Assembly: GCA_004347695.1 (NCBI GenBank)
Contig: SLTK01000009.1
Span: 194,328 to 258,327, forward strand
DNA length: 64,000 bases
Direction: 5' to 3'
From: Chloroflexota bacterium
GTDB lineage: Bacteria > Chloroflexota > Anaerolineae > Anaerolineales > Anaerolineaceae
Shown here: positions 35,025 to 46,454 of the stretch, in pieces
Position numbering within the stretch: the first letter of the stretch is position 1
Layout: every line of letters starts with the position of its first letter
Notes under the pieces: generated by a model
The model's input: only the letters and a program-made list of their open reading frames with translations
Told to the model about the DNA's origin: nothing
Databases searched by the model: none
Made by a program: the position numbers and the translations under genes

Positions 35025-35387
35025 TTACCACTTGGGTTCTTCGGTTAACTGGTAGGTCGAATGGCACCAGGGGCAGGTGACGACCGGCGCCCCGGCGACC
35101 ATTTTGATATCTTCGGGTTTGAGTGTGCCGCCGCACGCCACACACTTGAGCGTATCCATATTTACGTTGCCGGGAAGGTCGATATTGAGGGTTACGTTGG
35201 TGTCGGCTGCTTTGGCGGAAGACCGGCTTGCCAGGTAGATCATCACCAGCCCGACGCCGCCGATAATGATGCCAAACACAATCCAGCCAACAGAACCCTG
35301 ATCACCGGTGGATCCCCAGACGAGCAGAACACCAAATAAGACCAGGATTGACCCCACGATGTAGGCGATAATTTTTCCAGCGCGCAT
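35025..35387 (-). CDS. two-TM membrane protein with C-terminal Zn ribbon
   Basis: Two hydrophobic helices, then CVAC...CPWC; AGGAG RBS. Confidence 0.82.
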   Translation of the reverse strand: MRAGKIIAYIVGSILVLFGVLLVWGSTGDQGSVGWIVFGIIIGGVGLVMIYLASRSSAKAADTNVTLNIDLPGNVNMDTLKCVACGGTLKPEDIKMVAGAPVVTCPWCHSTYQLTEEPKW

Positions 35388-35542
35388 AGGACTCCTCCAA
35401 TATTCAGTAGTGTATCATTTATTATCCAGCAAAACTATTGTCAAAGGTCATTTAATCGGAGGGGAGTTGATTGCGGCCCATTTGCCAGGGATTCAGATGT
35501 ACGGAGTGCATTTTACGATTAGGCGAATCATTTTCACCGGTC

Positions 35543-35555
35543 GAACACACCCTAC
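35543..35555 (-). repeat. GTAG-tagged REP arm, identical to the left arm of the 57590 element
   Basis: GAACACACCCTAC is the reverse complement of GTAGGGTGTGTTC. Confidence 0.6.
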
Positions 35556-35615
35556 ATAAAATGATATACGGAGCATATCTGTGGGAGTTGCATTTTACGA
35601 ACTTCAGGCGCGACC

Positions 35616-37669
<2,054 letters not shown>

Positions 37670-37693
37670 ACTGCGTATAGCCAATAATATTCA

Positions 37694-38887
37694 ATGAAGA
37701 ACTCAAAAAAGACATTAATTCTCAAACCGGGACGTGACCGCTCAGTGCTGGGGCGCCATCCGTGGATTTTTTCCGGCGCAGTTGATCGGGTGGAAGGACA
37801 TCCGGAAAGCGGCGAAAGTGTTTTGGTGCGCGATGCTTCCGGATTGGCGCTGGGTTGGGCAGCGTTTAGCCCGGCATCTTCGATCCGGGCGCGGATGTGG
37901 AACCTTAATCCCGCTGAAACTGTGGACAAGGATTATTTTGAAAACCGCATACGGCAAGCAATCGAACGGCGGCGGGCAGTTGTTCCGCCGGGTGAGACCG
38001 ATGCGGTGCGACTGGTGCACGCTGAATCCGACGGGCTGCCCGGTTTGGTGGTCGATCGTTATGCAGATGTGCTGGTGGTTCAGATTCTGACAGCCGGCGC
38101 GGAGTTCTGGCGGGAGATCATCACCGATTCGCTGGCAAAGCTGACCGGAACGCAGGTGATCGTTGAAAGATCGGATGTAGATGTGCGCCAGTTGGAGGGT
38201 CTGGCAGCGCGGACGGGCGTTTTGCGCGGCCAAACCCCGGGGCCGGTTGAAATTCAGGAAAACGGCCTGCGCTTTCAGGTGGACGTGGTTAACGGGCAGA
38301 AAACCGGTTTTTACATCGATCAGCGGCGCAACCGCCAACGGGTGGGCGCGCTGGCAGCCGGGCGGAAAGTGCTCAACTGCTTTTGCTACACCGGCGGCTT
38401 CAGTGTGTATGCTCTGGCCCATGAGGCAAAAAGCGTCGTATCCGTCGATTCGTCAGGAGAGGCACTGGCGATGGGACGGCGGCATGTCGCTTTGAATGGT
38501 TTGCTGCCCGAGAAGGCGGAGTGGATCGAGGGTGACGTCTTCAAAGTGCTGCGCACGATGCGCGATGAGGGGCGCTCCTTCGACATGGTCATTCTGGATC
38601 CGCCCAAGTTTGCTCCTACTGCTGCCCAGGCGGAGCGCGCCGCGCACGGTTACAAAGATATCAACCTGCTGGGCTTCAAGCTGTTACGCCCGGGTGGGAT
38701 TCTGGCGACTTTTTCTTGTTCGGGCGGGATTTCGGCGGAATTGTTCCAGAAAATTGTGGCGGGCGCTGCGCTGGATGCAGGCGTGGATGCGCGCATCGTG
38801 CAAACGCTTACCCAGGGTGCGGACCATCCGGTGGCGTTGAGTTTCCCGGAGGGAGCGTATTTGAAGGGGTTGATCGTGCAGGTGTAG
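37694..38887 (+). CDS. rlmI: RlmI-family rRNA methyltransferase (23S m5C1962 type)
   Basis: PUA-like start HPWIFSGA, ESDGLPGLVVDRY, GQKTGFYIDQR, ILDPPKF, FSCSG, DHP...FPEGAYLK. Confidence 0.88.
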   Translation: MKNSKKTLILKPGRDRSVLGRHPWIFSGAVDRVEGHPESGESVLVRDASGLALGWAAFSPASSIRARMWNLNPAETVDKDYFENRIRQAIERRRAVVPPGETDAVRLVHAESDGLPGLVVDRYADVLVVQILTAGAEFWREIITDSLAKLTGTQVIVERSDVDVRQLEGLAARTGVLRGQTPGPVEIQENGLRFQVDVVNGQKTGFYIDQRRNRQRVGALAAGRKVLNCFCYTGGFSVYALAHEAKSVVSVDSSGEALAMGRRHVALNGLLPEKAEWIEGDVFKVLRTMRDEGRSFDMVILDPPKFAPTAAQAERAAHGYKDINLLGFKLLRPGGILATFSCSGGISAELFQKIVAGAALDAGVDARIVQTLTQGADHPVALSFPEGAYLKGLIVQV

Positions 38888-39035
38888 GCGGCGGGGACTG
38901 CGAGAGAAAGAACAGAGTGCAAAGAAAATAGAAATAACCAGGAATATGGGCCCTGCCCAACACCCCACAGGATACTGGGCGATCCACAGAATGCTTCGTG
39001 CCCCCATTTTCTTGTGAAAGTGGGGGCGGAAATTG

Positions 39036-39429
39036 TGGAGATGGCGGGAATTGAACCCGCGTCCGAAAGAATAGACCCGCGAACATCTACGAGCGTAGCA
39101 AGTCTTTGATCTCGCAGCCGGCCCGATTACCTGCAGAACAGGAAAGCTGCTATCCGCTCAGGCCCGAAAGCCCTCTTTCGCAACCCCCGCGGCGTGGGAG
39201 GCGGCAGCCTGACCTTGTGGCGCCCGCATCTGCTACCGGTCAGGCGGCGGAGCAGGCGGACGTGACCTCACGCGGAGGTCATTTGCTGATCACCTTCGCT
39301 TAGGCAGCGAGGGGGAGAGCAGCGTACTGAGTGCGATTGGCACTTGATTTTTTGTACTGATTTTACGAGGTCGGTACCTCTCGGCTCGCAGTCCGGGACC
39401 AGCCTCTCCCGTCGAAGCCTGTCATCCCC
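39036..39429 (-). ncRNA. ssrA: tmRNA
   Basis: 5' GGGGATGACAGGCTTCGAC; 3' GACGCGGGTTCAATTCCCGCCATCTCCA; tag ORF at 39341-39300 encodes ANRTQYAALPLAA-stop. Confidence 0.95.
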
Positions 39430-39438
39430 GGTGACTAC

Positions 39439-39444
39439 ATTATA
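39439..39444 (-). promoter_or_regulatory. -10 element of ssrA
   Basis: GG-TATAAT 9 nt upstream of the mature 5' end. Confidence 0.6.
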
Positions 39445-39555
39445 CCGGATTTGCGGCCGGGAGCTTAAAAATTTCACGCTTCATATAAAAGATTAACAGG
39501 TGTAAAATCAATTCATTGCGCCGGGTCCGCCCGAGATCATCCTGGAGGTGCTCCA

Positions 39556-40488
39556 ATGATTACCATTTACAAATCCTCAGCGACCGGGTTGGAGCAGATA
39601 CCGGATTTCAGCAGCGGCTGCTGGGTCAACATGATCGACCCGACCAGCGACGAAATTGAACGGCTCGCAAGCCAGGGGATTCCGCAGGATTTTATTACCT
39701 ATCCATTGGATATGGACGAGCGCGCCCGCTCCGAGCGCGAGGATGACGGGAAGATGCTCATTCTGATCCGCATCCCTTTTTTTCAGGGGCAGACGGTGGA
39801 TGTGCCCTACAGCACACTGCCTCTCGGCATGATCCTGACCGACCAGATGATTATCACGGTTTGCCGCCGGCAAAATGACCTGACGGCCGAATTCGCATCG
39901 GGCAAGCTCAAGAACCTTTCTACAGGAAAACGGATCCGCTTTGTGCTGCGGCTGATGCTGCTCAACGCCAACAAATTTCTCAACCATCTGCGGACGATCA
40001 ACAAAATCACCGAGGATTTGGAAGACCGGTTGCAGCTATCCATGCAGAACAAGGAAGTGTTGGAACTGCTGAAATATCAAAAGAGCCTGGTGTACTTCAC
40101 CACCGCCTTAAAAGCCAATGAATTGCTGCTTGAACGGCTGCAGCGGACCCAGTTGTTTCGCCAGTACCCTGACGACGAAGATTTGCTGGAAGATGTTATC
40201 ACCGAGAACCAGCAAGCGATTGAAATGGTCAACATCTCGAACAACATTTTGAGCAGTATGATGGATGCCTTTGCCTCGATCATTTCCAACAACCTTAATG
40301 TGGTAATGAAATTTTTGGCGTCCGTCACCATCATATTGAGCTTGCCGACCATTATCACCAGTTTCTTTGGCATGAATGTGGATTTGCCGTTTGCCGGCCA
40401 GTCATTTTCCTGGCAGTTGATCCTTGGGATCAGCATGCTGGTTATTGGTATAACCACCTGGCTTTTTATCCGGCGACGCTGGTTTTAG
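39556..40488 (+). CDS. corA: CorA-family Mg2+/Co2+ transporter
   Basis: C-terminal two TM helices with the FFGMN signature; NNLNVVMK. Confidence 0.92.
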   Translation: MITIYKSSATGLEQIPDFSSGCWVNMIDPTSDEIERLASQGIPQDFITYPLDMDERARSEREDDGKMLILIRIPFFQGQTVDVPYSTLPLGMILTDQMIITVCRRQNDLTAEFASGKLKNLSTGKRIRFVLRLMLLNANKFLNHLRTINKITEDLEDRLQLSMQNKEVLELLKYQKSLVYFTTALKANELLLERLQRTQLFRQYPDDEDLLEDVITENQQAIEMVNISNNILSSMMDAFASIISNNLNVVMKFLASVTIILSLPTIITSFFGMNVDLPFAGQSFSWQLILGISMLVIGITTWLFIRRRWF

Positions 40489-40515
40489 CCAATCACGACT
40501 GACTGGACTGGAAAT

Positions 40516-40544
40516 TTTACAACCGTCAGGCAGACGGTTACAAT
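40516..40544 (+). promoter_or_regulatory. sigma-70 promoter with a palindrome in the spacer; probably leaderless mRNA
   Basis: TTTACA, 17 nt, TACAAT; AACCGTC-N5-GACGGTT at 40521-40539; ATG 7 nt after the -10. Confidence 0.55.
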
Positions 40545-40551
40545 TTAGGAC

Positions 40552-41283
40552 ATGAAAACCTCTACGCAGCCAGCGGGCGATCGTTCCTCGGCTTTCATCC
40601 GATTGGAAAATCTAACCAAACATTATCGCGAGGGCGGCCAGGAACGCATGATCCTGCAGGGCGCCGACCTGATTATCCCGCGCGGCCAATTTTTAGCGAT
40701 TCTAGGCAAAAGCGGTTCCGGAAAGACCACGCTGCTCAATCTGATCAGTGGGATCGACCGGGCAGATGGCGGTGAAATTTACCTGAATGGCGAAAGGTTA
40801 ACCGGGTTAAAAGAACCAGCGCGGACACTGTTCCGCCGTGAGCGGATCGGTTTTATCTTCCAATTTTTCAACCTGATACCCACTTTGACCGTTTGGGAGA
40901 ACGTGACGCTGCCGCTGGACCTCACCGGTATGTTGAATGGACACGGCCATCAACGTGTGGTGGAAATGCTGGAGGCGGTCGGGCTGCTCGACCGGCGTGA
41001 TACCTACCCGGACCGCCTTTCGGGTGGCGAGCAGCAGCGGGTCGCGATTGCCCGGGCGCTGGCACATGACCCGCTGGTGGTGCTGGCTGATGAACCGACT
41101 GGCAATCTGGATGAAGAAACCGGAAAAAGCGTTCTTGCGCTGCTGGAAGGCCTGACCCGCGGCGCCGGGAAAAACTTAATCCTGGTAACCCACAGCGCAG
41201 AGGCTGCCGGGTATGCTGACCGGGTGGTAACACTGCGCGACGGAAAATTCGATGAAACGCATAGCTCCTGGCAGGGCGATTAA
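40552..41283 (+). CDS. ABC transporter ATP-binding protein (LolD/MacB type)
   Basis: [33 protein letters not shown]. Confidence 0.95.
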   Translation: MKTSTQPAGDRSSAFIRLENLTKHYREGGQERMILQGADLIIPRGQFLAILGKSGSGKTTLLNLISGIDRADGGEIYLNGERLTGLKEPARTLFRRERIGFIFQFFNLIPTLTVWENVTLPLDLTGMLNGHGHQRVVEMLEAVGLLDRRDTYPDRLSGGEQQRVAIARALAHDPLVVLADEPTGNLDEETGKSVLALLEGLTRGAGKNLILVTHSAEAAGYADRVVTLRDGKFDETHSSWQGD

Positions 41284-43840
41284 AACGCAGTATCCGCGCA
41301 TCCTCGTCAGGCTGGGTTGGCAGTATGTTGTCCACCATGCCTGGCAGAGTTTTTTGATGGTGCTGGGAATTGCGCTGGGCGTGGCGGTGATGGTATCGAT
41401 CGATCTGGCCAATGCCAGCGCCAGCCGGGCTTTTATGCTCAGCGCTGAGGCGGTGACCGGCAAAGCCACTCACCAGATTGCGCCGATTTCCGGAATGCTG
41501 GATGAATCGATTTACACAAACCTGCGAATCAGTGGGAATGGTGAACTGGCCGCACCGGTCGTGACAGGACTGGTCAGTTCTGAGGTACTTGGCGGTGCTC
41601 CCTTGCAACTGCTCGGCATCGACCCATTTGCCGACAGTCCTTTCCGTGGCTATCTTGGCAGCGGCAATAAGTTCGACACCGGAGCATTGACCCCCTTTCT
41701 GACCCGACCCGGCGCGGTGCTGCTCTCAGCCGAACTGGCCGGTCGAAGCGGCCTGACGCCAGGGGAGAGCTTCGCATTGAATTTCGAAGGGCGGACGCGT
41801 GAAGTTTATCTGGCGGGAACGCTTGCAGCCGCGGATGCACTGACCCGGCGCAGCCTGAATGGCGTGGTGCTCGCGGATATCGCTACTGCGCAGGAACTGA
41901 CCGGTAAAATTGGGCGGATAGACCGGATCGACTTGATCCTACCCGAAGACGAACCAGACCGCGCGGCTGCGTTGCAGGCAGACCTGCCTGCGGGCGTGCG
42001 GCTGGAAACGGTCGAATCGCGGAACGGTTCGATCGAGCAAATGACGGCTGCTTTCCAGTTGAATCTGACGGCGCTTTCCATGCTGGCTCTGGTGGTTGGG
42101 CTGTTTCTGATTTACAACACCATGACTTTCTCTGTCGTGCGCAGGCGCAGTCTGTTTGGGACGCTGCGCAGCCTGGGCGTCACCCGCAGCGAGGTATTTG
42201 CCCTGGTCATCGGCGAAGCGTTGATTGTGGGAGTTGCCGGCTCACTGCTGGGACTGGGTCTTGGAATTTTACTTGGGCGCAATACTGTCGGGATGGTCAG
42301 CCAGACCGTCAATGACCTGTATTTCACAACCACCGTGCGTGGGGTCGGAATACCGGTCAGCAGCCTGGTCAAAGGCGGAGTAATCGGCGTTTTTGCCACA
42401 CTGGCAACCGCGGTGCCGCCGGCAGTCGAAGCCGCGCTGGTAGAACCGCGAGCTGCGCAATTACGGTCGGGACTGGAAAAAAAGACCCGGCTCATTACCT
42501 GGTTGATGGGGCTGTCGGGTTTATTATTGGCTGGCTCAGGCGTCCTTCTGTTTCAAATTCCCACGAAGAACAACGTTCCAGGTCTTGTCGGGACCGTTTT
42601 GGTAGTGATCGGTTTTGCCATGCTCTCTGCGGTGGGCATGCGCGGATTGTTGATGGCAGTCACGCCGCTGACGGGACGGTTATTTGGCAGCCTGGGCCGG
42701 ATGGCGCCGCGCAACCTGGTCAGCACACTTAGCCGCACAGCTGTGGCGGTGGCAGCTTTGATGGTCGCGGTGGCTGTAACTATTGGGGTGTCTTTAATGA
42801 TCGGTAGTTTTCGCCACACCGTCACTGTGTGGCTGGAGCAGACCTTGCAGGGCGATGTGTATATTTCCGCGCCCAGTTTTACTGCCAATACCTCCACCAT
42901 TTCCATCGATCCGCAGGTGATGGAACAGGTAGCTGTCTGGCCCGGGTTGGCGCGGGCAGACTGGCTGCGCTCAACGGTGATCGAGTCGCCGGAAGGGCAG
43001 GTGAGAATATCTGCCACGACCAACCCGGATGTAGGTAAAGAGCGGCTTTTCAAGGCCAGCAGCGGAAATCCGGACGAGATCACGCAGGCATTGAGGGAAG
43101 GCTCTGTGTTGCTTTCCGAGCCGCTGGCGAACCGTCTGGGCCTGACAATCGGGGACACCCTCCTTCTTTATACACCCACGGGCGAAAAAGCATTTCCGGT
43201 TGCAGGCGTCTTTTATGATTATGCTTCCAGCGAAGGCAGTCTGCTGATCTGGATGGAGCAATTCCGCCAGATTTGGGGCGACACGGCGGTAACTTCCATT
43301 GGGCTGCGATTGCTGCCAGGCAGTGATCCAGACCAGGTGGTACGCGAGCTTCAATCCGGGCTGCAAACCGACCAGCAGCTCATAATTCGACCCAACCGGT
43401 CGTTGCGGCAGGATGTGATGGAAGTCTTCGACCGTACTTTTGCCATCACCGCCGCGCTGCAAATTTTGGCCACGATCGTTGCTTTCATTGGCGTGCTGAG
43501 TACGTTACTGCTCTTGCAGCTAGAAAAGCAGCGTGAAATTGGCGTCTTGAGAGCGTTGGGCCTGACCGGCAAACAACTGTGGCTGCTGGTGATGCTCGAA
43601 ACGGGGTTAATGGGTTTGACCGCCGGAATTCTGGCGGCGCCGACCGGGGTGGCGCTTTCGCTCATCCTCATTTATGTGATTAATCTGCGTTCTTTCGGCT
43701 GGACGCTGCAATTCGATATGAATCCAGGTGCCTTTGCCATGGGGCTGTTGATTGCCGTCAGCGCTGCACTGTTGGCCGGGGTTGTGCCAGCCTGGCGTTT
43801 GAGCCGAATGGAAGCAGCAGAGGCGATCCGTTATGAGTAA
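41252..43840 (+). CDS. FtsX/MacB-like ABC permease (duplicated; AttF/G-like)
   Basis: Two MacB-PCD plus FtsX repeats, R.R..G.LR.LG motifs; start uncertain. Confidence 0.88.
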   Translation: MKRIAPGRAIKTQYPRILVRLGWQYVVHHAWQSFLMVLGIALGVAVMVSIDLANASASRAFMLSAEAVTGKATHQIAPISGMLDESIYTNLRISGNGELAAPVVTGLVSSEVLGGAPLQLLGIDPFADSPFRGYLGSGNKFDTGALTPFLTRPGAVLLSAELAGRSGLTPGESFALNFEGRTREVYLAGTLAAADALTRRSLNGVVLADIATAQELTGKIGRIDRIDLILPEDEPDRAAALQADLPAGVRLETVESRNGSIEQMTAAFQLNLTALSMLALVVGLFLIYNTMTFSVVRRRSLFGTLRSLGVTRSEVFALVIGEALIVGVAGSLLGLGLGILLGRNTVGMVSQTVNDLYFTTTVRGVGIPVSSLVKGGVIGVFATLATAVPPAVEAALVEPRAAQLRSGLEKKTRLITWLMGLSGLLLAGSGVLLFQIPTKNNVPGLVGTVLVVIGFAMLSAVGMRGLLMAVTPLTGRLFGSLGRMAPRNLVSTLSRTAVAVAALMVAVAVTIGVSLMIGSFRHTVTVWLEQTLQGDVYISAPSFTANTSTISIDPQVMEQVAVWPGLARADWLRSTVIESPEGQVRISATTNPDVGKERLFKASSGNPDEITQALREGSVLLSEPLANRLGLTIGDTLLLYTPTGEKAFPVAGVFYDYASSEGSLLIWMEQFRQIWGDTAVTSIGLRLLPGSDPDQVVRELQSGLQTDQQLIIRPNRSLRQDVMEVFDRTFAITAALQILATIVAFIGVLSTLLLLQLEKQREIGVLRALGLTGKQLWLLVMLETGLMGLTAGILAAPTGVALSLILIYVINLRSFGWTLQFDMNPGAFAMGLLIAVSAALLAGVVPAWRLSRMEAAEAIRYE

Positions 43841-45005
43841 GACCAGGTTTCGGGTTGCCGCTGCCGTTGCGGTTCTGGTTGTACTTATAGCGGTGGGCTG
43901 GCTGTTCTTTAGCCCTGACAAGCCGGTTGATCAAGCTGGGATGTCGATGGTTCTGGCGCCGGCAATCCCGGTAGAAGGGCAATTTGCCCGGGCTGAAGGC
44001 TTGCGCGAATTCAGTTTTCCGCTCGACCATGGGCAGCACCCCGAATTTCAAACCGAGTGGTGGTACTACACCGGCAATTTGCAAACCGTTGAAGGGCGCA
44101 GGTTTGGCTACGAGTTGACCTTTTTCCGGCGCGCATTGACGCCACCGCCTGCGCTCAGTAATGGATCAGTCTGGCGCGCCAATCAGGTTTATCTGGCGCA
44201 TTTTGCCCTCAGTGATATCGAAACACAGGCTTTTCGCTATCAGGAATTGCTTTCGCGCGGCGCGGCTGGTCTGGCAGGTGCACAGAGCGAACCTGCTTTT
44301 GAGGTCTGGCTGGAAGACTGGTCAGTACGGCAAATTGGGAATAACAGATATGCGTTGAGCGCGAACACGGAAGATTATGAGCTGAAACTGGATTTAACAG
44401 ATTTGAAGGTGCCGGTTTTGCAGGGCAACCGTGGTTACAGTCAAAAAGGGCCGGAAGCCGGCAATGCGTCTTATTACATCAGTCAGTCTCGTCTGGAAAC
44501 TAGCGGAGAATTGCGTATAGGCGAAAATGTTTGGGATGTGAGCGGCTTGAGCTGGATGGATCATGAATTTAGCACCAGCGCATTGAGTGCGGGTCAGGTT
44601 GGCTGGAACTGGTTTGCGATTCAGCTCGATAATGGCAGCGAGTTGATGCTTTTTACGCTGCAACGGGAAGACGGGGAGCTGGATCCATTCAACGGCGGAA
44701 CCATTATCGAGCCGGATGGCGCAACGCGCATGCTCAGCTCGGCGGATTTTCAGGTCGAAATCCGCGAAACATGGCGCAGCCCTCACAGCGGCGCAGAATA
44801 CCCTTCAGAATGGGTGATAACCATCCTGAACGAGGAAATCCGGTTATCCATCAAACCTTTAATGCCAGATCAAGAGCTTAATACTTTTATCACATACTGG
44901 GAGGGCGCGGTCGAGGTCCAGGGTGAATGGAACGGCGTGCCGGTAAATGGTTTTGGATACGTGGAACTGACCGGCTACGCTGAGTCGATGCAAGGCAAGT
45001 TTTAA
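43833..45005 (+). CDS. AttH/CrtC-like lipocalin-fold protein
   Basis: DHGQHP.FQTEWWYYTGNL, WMDHEFS, GWNWF.IQLD, YWEGAV, GYVELTGY. Confidence 0.85.
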   Translation: MSKTRFRVAAAVAVLVVLIAVGWLFFSPDKPVDQAGMSMVLAPAIPVEGQFARAEGLREFSFPLDHGQHPEFQTEWWYYTGNLQTVEGRRFGYELTFFRRALTPPPALSNGSVWRANQVYLAHFALSDIETQAFRYQELLSRGAAGLAGAQSEPAFEVWLEDWSVRQIGNNRYALSANTEDYELKLDLTDLKVPVLQGNRGYSQKGPEAGNASYYISQSRLETSGELRIGENVWDVSGLSWMDHEFSTSALSAGQVGWNWFAIQLDNGSELMLFTLQREDGELDPFNGGTIIEPDGATRMLSSADFQVEIRETWRSPHSGAEYPSEWVITILNEEIRLSIKPLMPDQELNTFITYWEGAVEVQGEWNGVPVNGFGYVELTGYAESMQGKF

Positions 45006-45011
45006 TTTTTG

Positions 45012-45085
45012 TGGGCGGGACAGGACTCGAACCTGCGACCCCATCGGTGTAAGCGATGTGCTCTAACCAACTGAGCTACCCGCCC
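45012..45085 (-). tRNA. tRNA-Val(TAC)
   Basis: Acceptor GGGCGGG/CCCGCCC-A; D arm AGCTCAGTTGGTTAGAGC; anticodon arm CATCG-CTTACAC-CGATG; GGTTCGAGTCC; CCA not encoded. Confidence 0.97.
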
Positions 45086-45145
45086 TGGGGTAATTGCTGC
45101 GGCGCAAATTATACCGCGAATTTCCAACTATGCTACACTTTTGGA

Positions 45146-45344
45146 TGTCATGCTGATGGCTGACTTTTAGCCCAAAGCATCGCGTCCTGGTGGTAGCGTT
45201 CCTTTGCGGCGTCGAACGCGGCTTGCTCTGCGACGGCGTCTCTGTGAAGAAGTGAAGCCATCGGTGCCCAGACACGAGACCCTGCCACAGGATGCTTCGC
45301 GATCGCTGTGCTCACTCTCAGAGTACCCTGCGGGCAGGATGACA
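45146..45344. repeat. 199-bp nested palindromic element with TGTCAT/ATGACA ends (REP/MITE-like, or structured RNA)
   Basis: Termini TGTCATGCTG / CAGGATGACA; inner arms AGCATCGCG-TCCTGGTGGTAG / CTGCCACAGGA-TGCTT-CGCGATCGCT. Confidence 0.5.
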
Positions 45345-45420
45345 CAACATGAAACTACATTTTTGATGTTCTCGTAATACCGAATTGTGGTTAAATCATT
45401 CAGGCAAAGGAGCGGTCAGA

Positions 45421-46185
45421 ATGCGATTTGTGCGATTTCAGACAGACAACGGCGTCCCCACTTATGGCTGGATTTACGGCGAGCAGGTTGGGCTAATTGA
45501 CGGCACGCCTTTTGGCGAGTATCGCCGAATGGAGGCTGGCATCGATCTGGCTGCCGTTCAACTCCTGCCGCCAACCGTACCCTCGAAAATCATTTGCGTC
45601 GGACGCAATTACATCGATCATGCCAAGGAGCATGGCGTAGAGGTGCCCGAAGTGCCTATGTTGTTTCTCAAACCGCCATCAGCGCTGCTGGCTACCCGCC
45701 AGCCGATCTTGCTGCCGCCGCAATCCAGTCAGGTGGAGCACGAGGCCGAACTGGCGGTGGTCATCGGGCGGCGCGGGCGTTGGATCGCCCCAAATGATGC
45801 CAGGGATTACATTTTTGGGTATACCATCGCCAACGACGTTACCGCGCGCGATCTGCAACGGCGAGATGGTCAATGGACACGCGGTAAAGGATTTGATACC
45901 TTTTGTCCGGTCGGTCCCTGGATCGAAACCGAGATGGACCCCTACGATCAACTGATCACCTGCCGGGTGAACCAGGATGTCCGGCAAATGGCTTCGACGC
46001 GGGATATGGTTTTTTCGGTACAACAATTAATCGCCTTTGCCTCTTCGGTTATGACACTGGAACCCGGCGATCTGATTTTGACCGGAACGCCGGCTGGCGT
46101 AGGCTCATTAACACCGGGGGACGTGGTGCAGGTCGGCATCGAAGGCATTGGCGAATTAATCAACCCGGTGCTTGAAGAGCCTTGA
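45421..46185 (+). CDS. fumarylacetoacetate hydrolase family protein
   Basis: KIICVGRNY..H..E, FLKP, EHEAELAV, NDVTARD, W.RGKGFDTF.P.GP, TGTPAG; AAGGAG RBS before ATG 45421. Confidence 0.93.
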   Translation: MRFVRFQTDNGVPTYGWIYGEQVGLIDGTPFGEYRRMEAGIDLAAVQLLPPTVPSKIICVGRNYIDHAKEHGVEVPEVPMLFLKPPSALLATRQPILLPPQSSQVEHEAELAVVIGRRGRWIAPNDARDYIFGYTIANDVTARDLQRRDGQWTRGKGFDTFCPVGPWIETEMDPYDQLITCRVNQDVRQMASTRDMVFSVQQLIAFASSVMTLEPGDLILTGTPAGVGSLTPGDVVQVGIEGIGELINPVLEEP

Positions 46186-46247
46186 TTCTGGTAAGAGGCG
46201 TATTCGAAATTCTGATAATTTTCATATGGTTTGACAATTGGTTTGCA

Positions 46248-46276
46248 TTGACAAACCTTTAACGCTTCTGTATAAT
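46248..46276 (+). promoter_or_regulatory. consensus sigma-70 promoter; -35 overlapped by an 11-bp inverted repeat
   Basis: TTGACA, 17 nt, TATAAT; GGTTTGACAAT (46228-46238) / ATTGACAAACC (46247-46257). Confidence 0.85.
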
Positions 46277-46315
46277 TGTGTTTAACAAGCTAATCGGTTG
46301 TTCATAAACAATTTA

Positions 46316-46417
46316 GCAATACAGGCGGCGTCGATCTGATCACTTGAATTGGTCGCTTGTCGGAGCTTGAACTCCGGCGGGTGGTCAGGGAGCCAAATAG
46401 CGAAACCGGCCCATTGC
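46316..46417 (+). ncRNA. c-di-GMP class II-type riboswitch aptamer
   Basis: Kink-turn GGC-GUC-GA / GA-GCC; 9-bp stem UCUGAUCAC/GUGGUCAGG; pseudoknot GG-UCGCU-UG with AGCGA-AA-CC-G; P1 GCAAU..GG / CC..AUUGC. Confidence 0.75.
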
Positions 46418-46432
46418 CGGTTTTTCGTTTTT
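46403..46432 (+). terminator. terminator overlapping the aptamer 3' end
   Basis: AAACCGGC-CCAUU-GCCGGUUU followed by UUCGUUUUU. Confidence 0.8.
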
Positions 46433-46454
46433 AACAGACCTCGTGGAGGACTTA

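Noticed and set aside
39036-45085. Genomic island between ssrA and tRNA-Val
   Set aside because: No integrase, no duplicated 3' end of either RNA gene seen, and the cargo looks host-like.
45148-45345. 65-aa minus-strand ORF in the palindromic element
   Set aside because: No RBS or recognisable motif; better explained by the palindrome.
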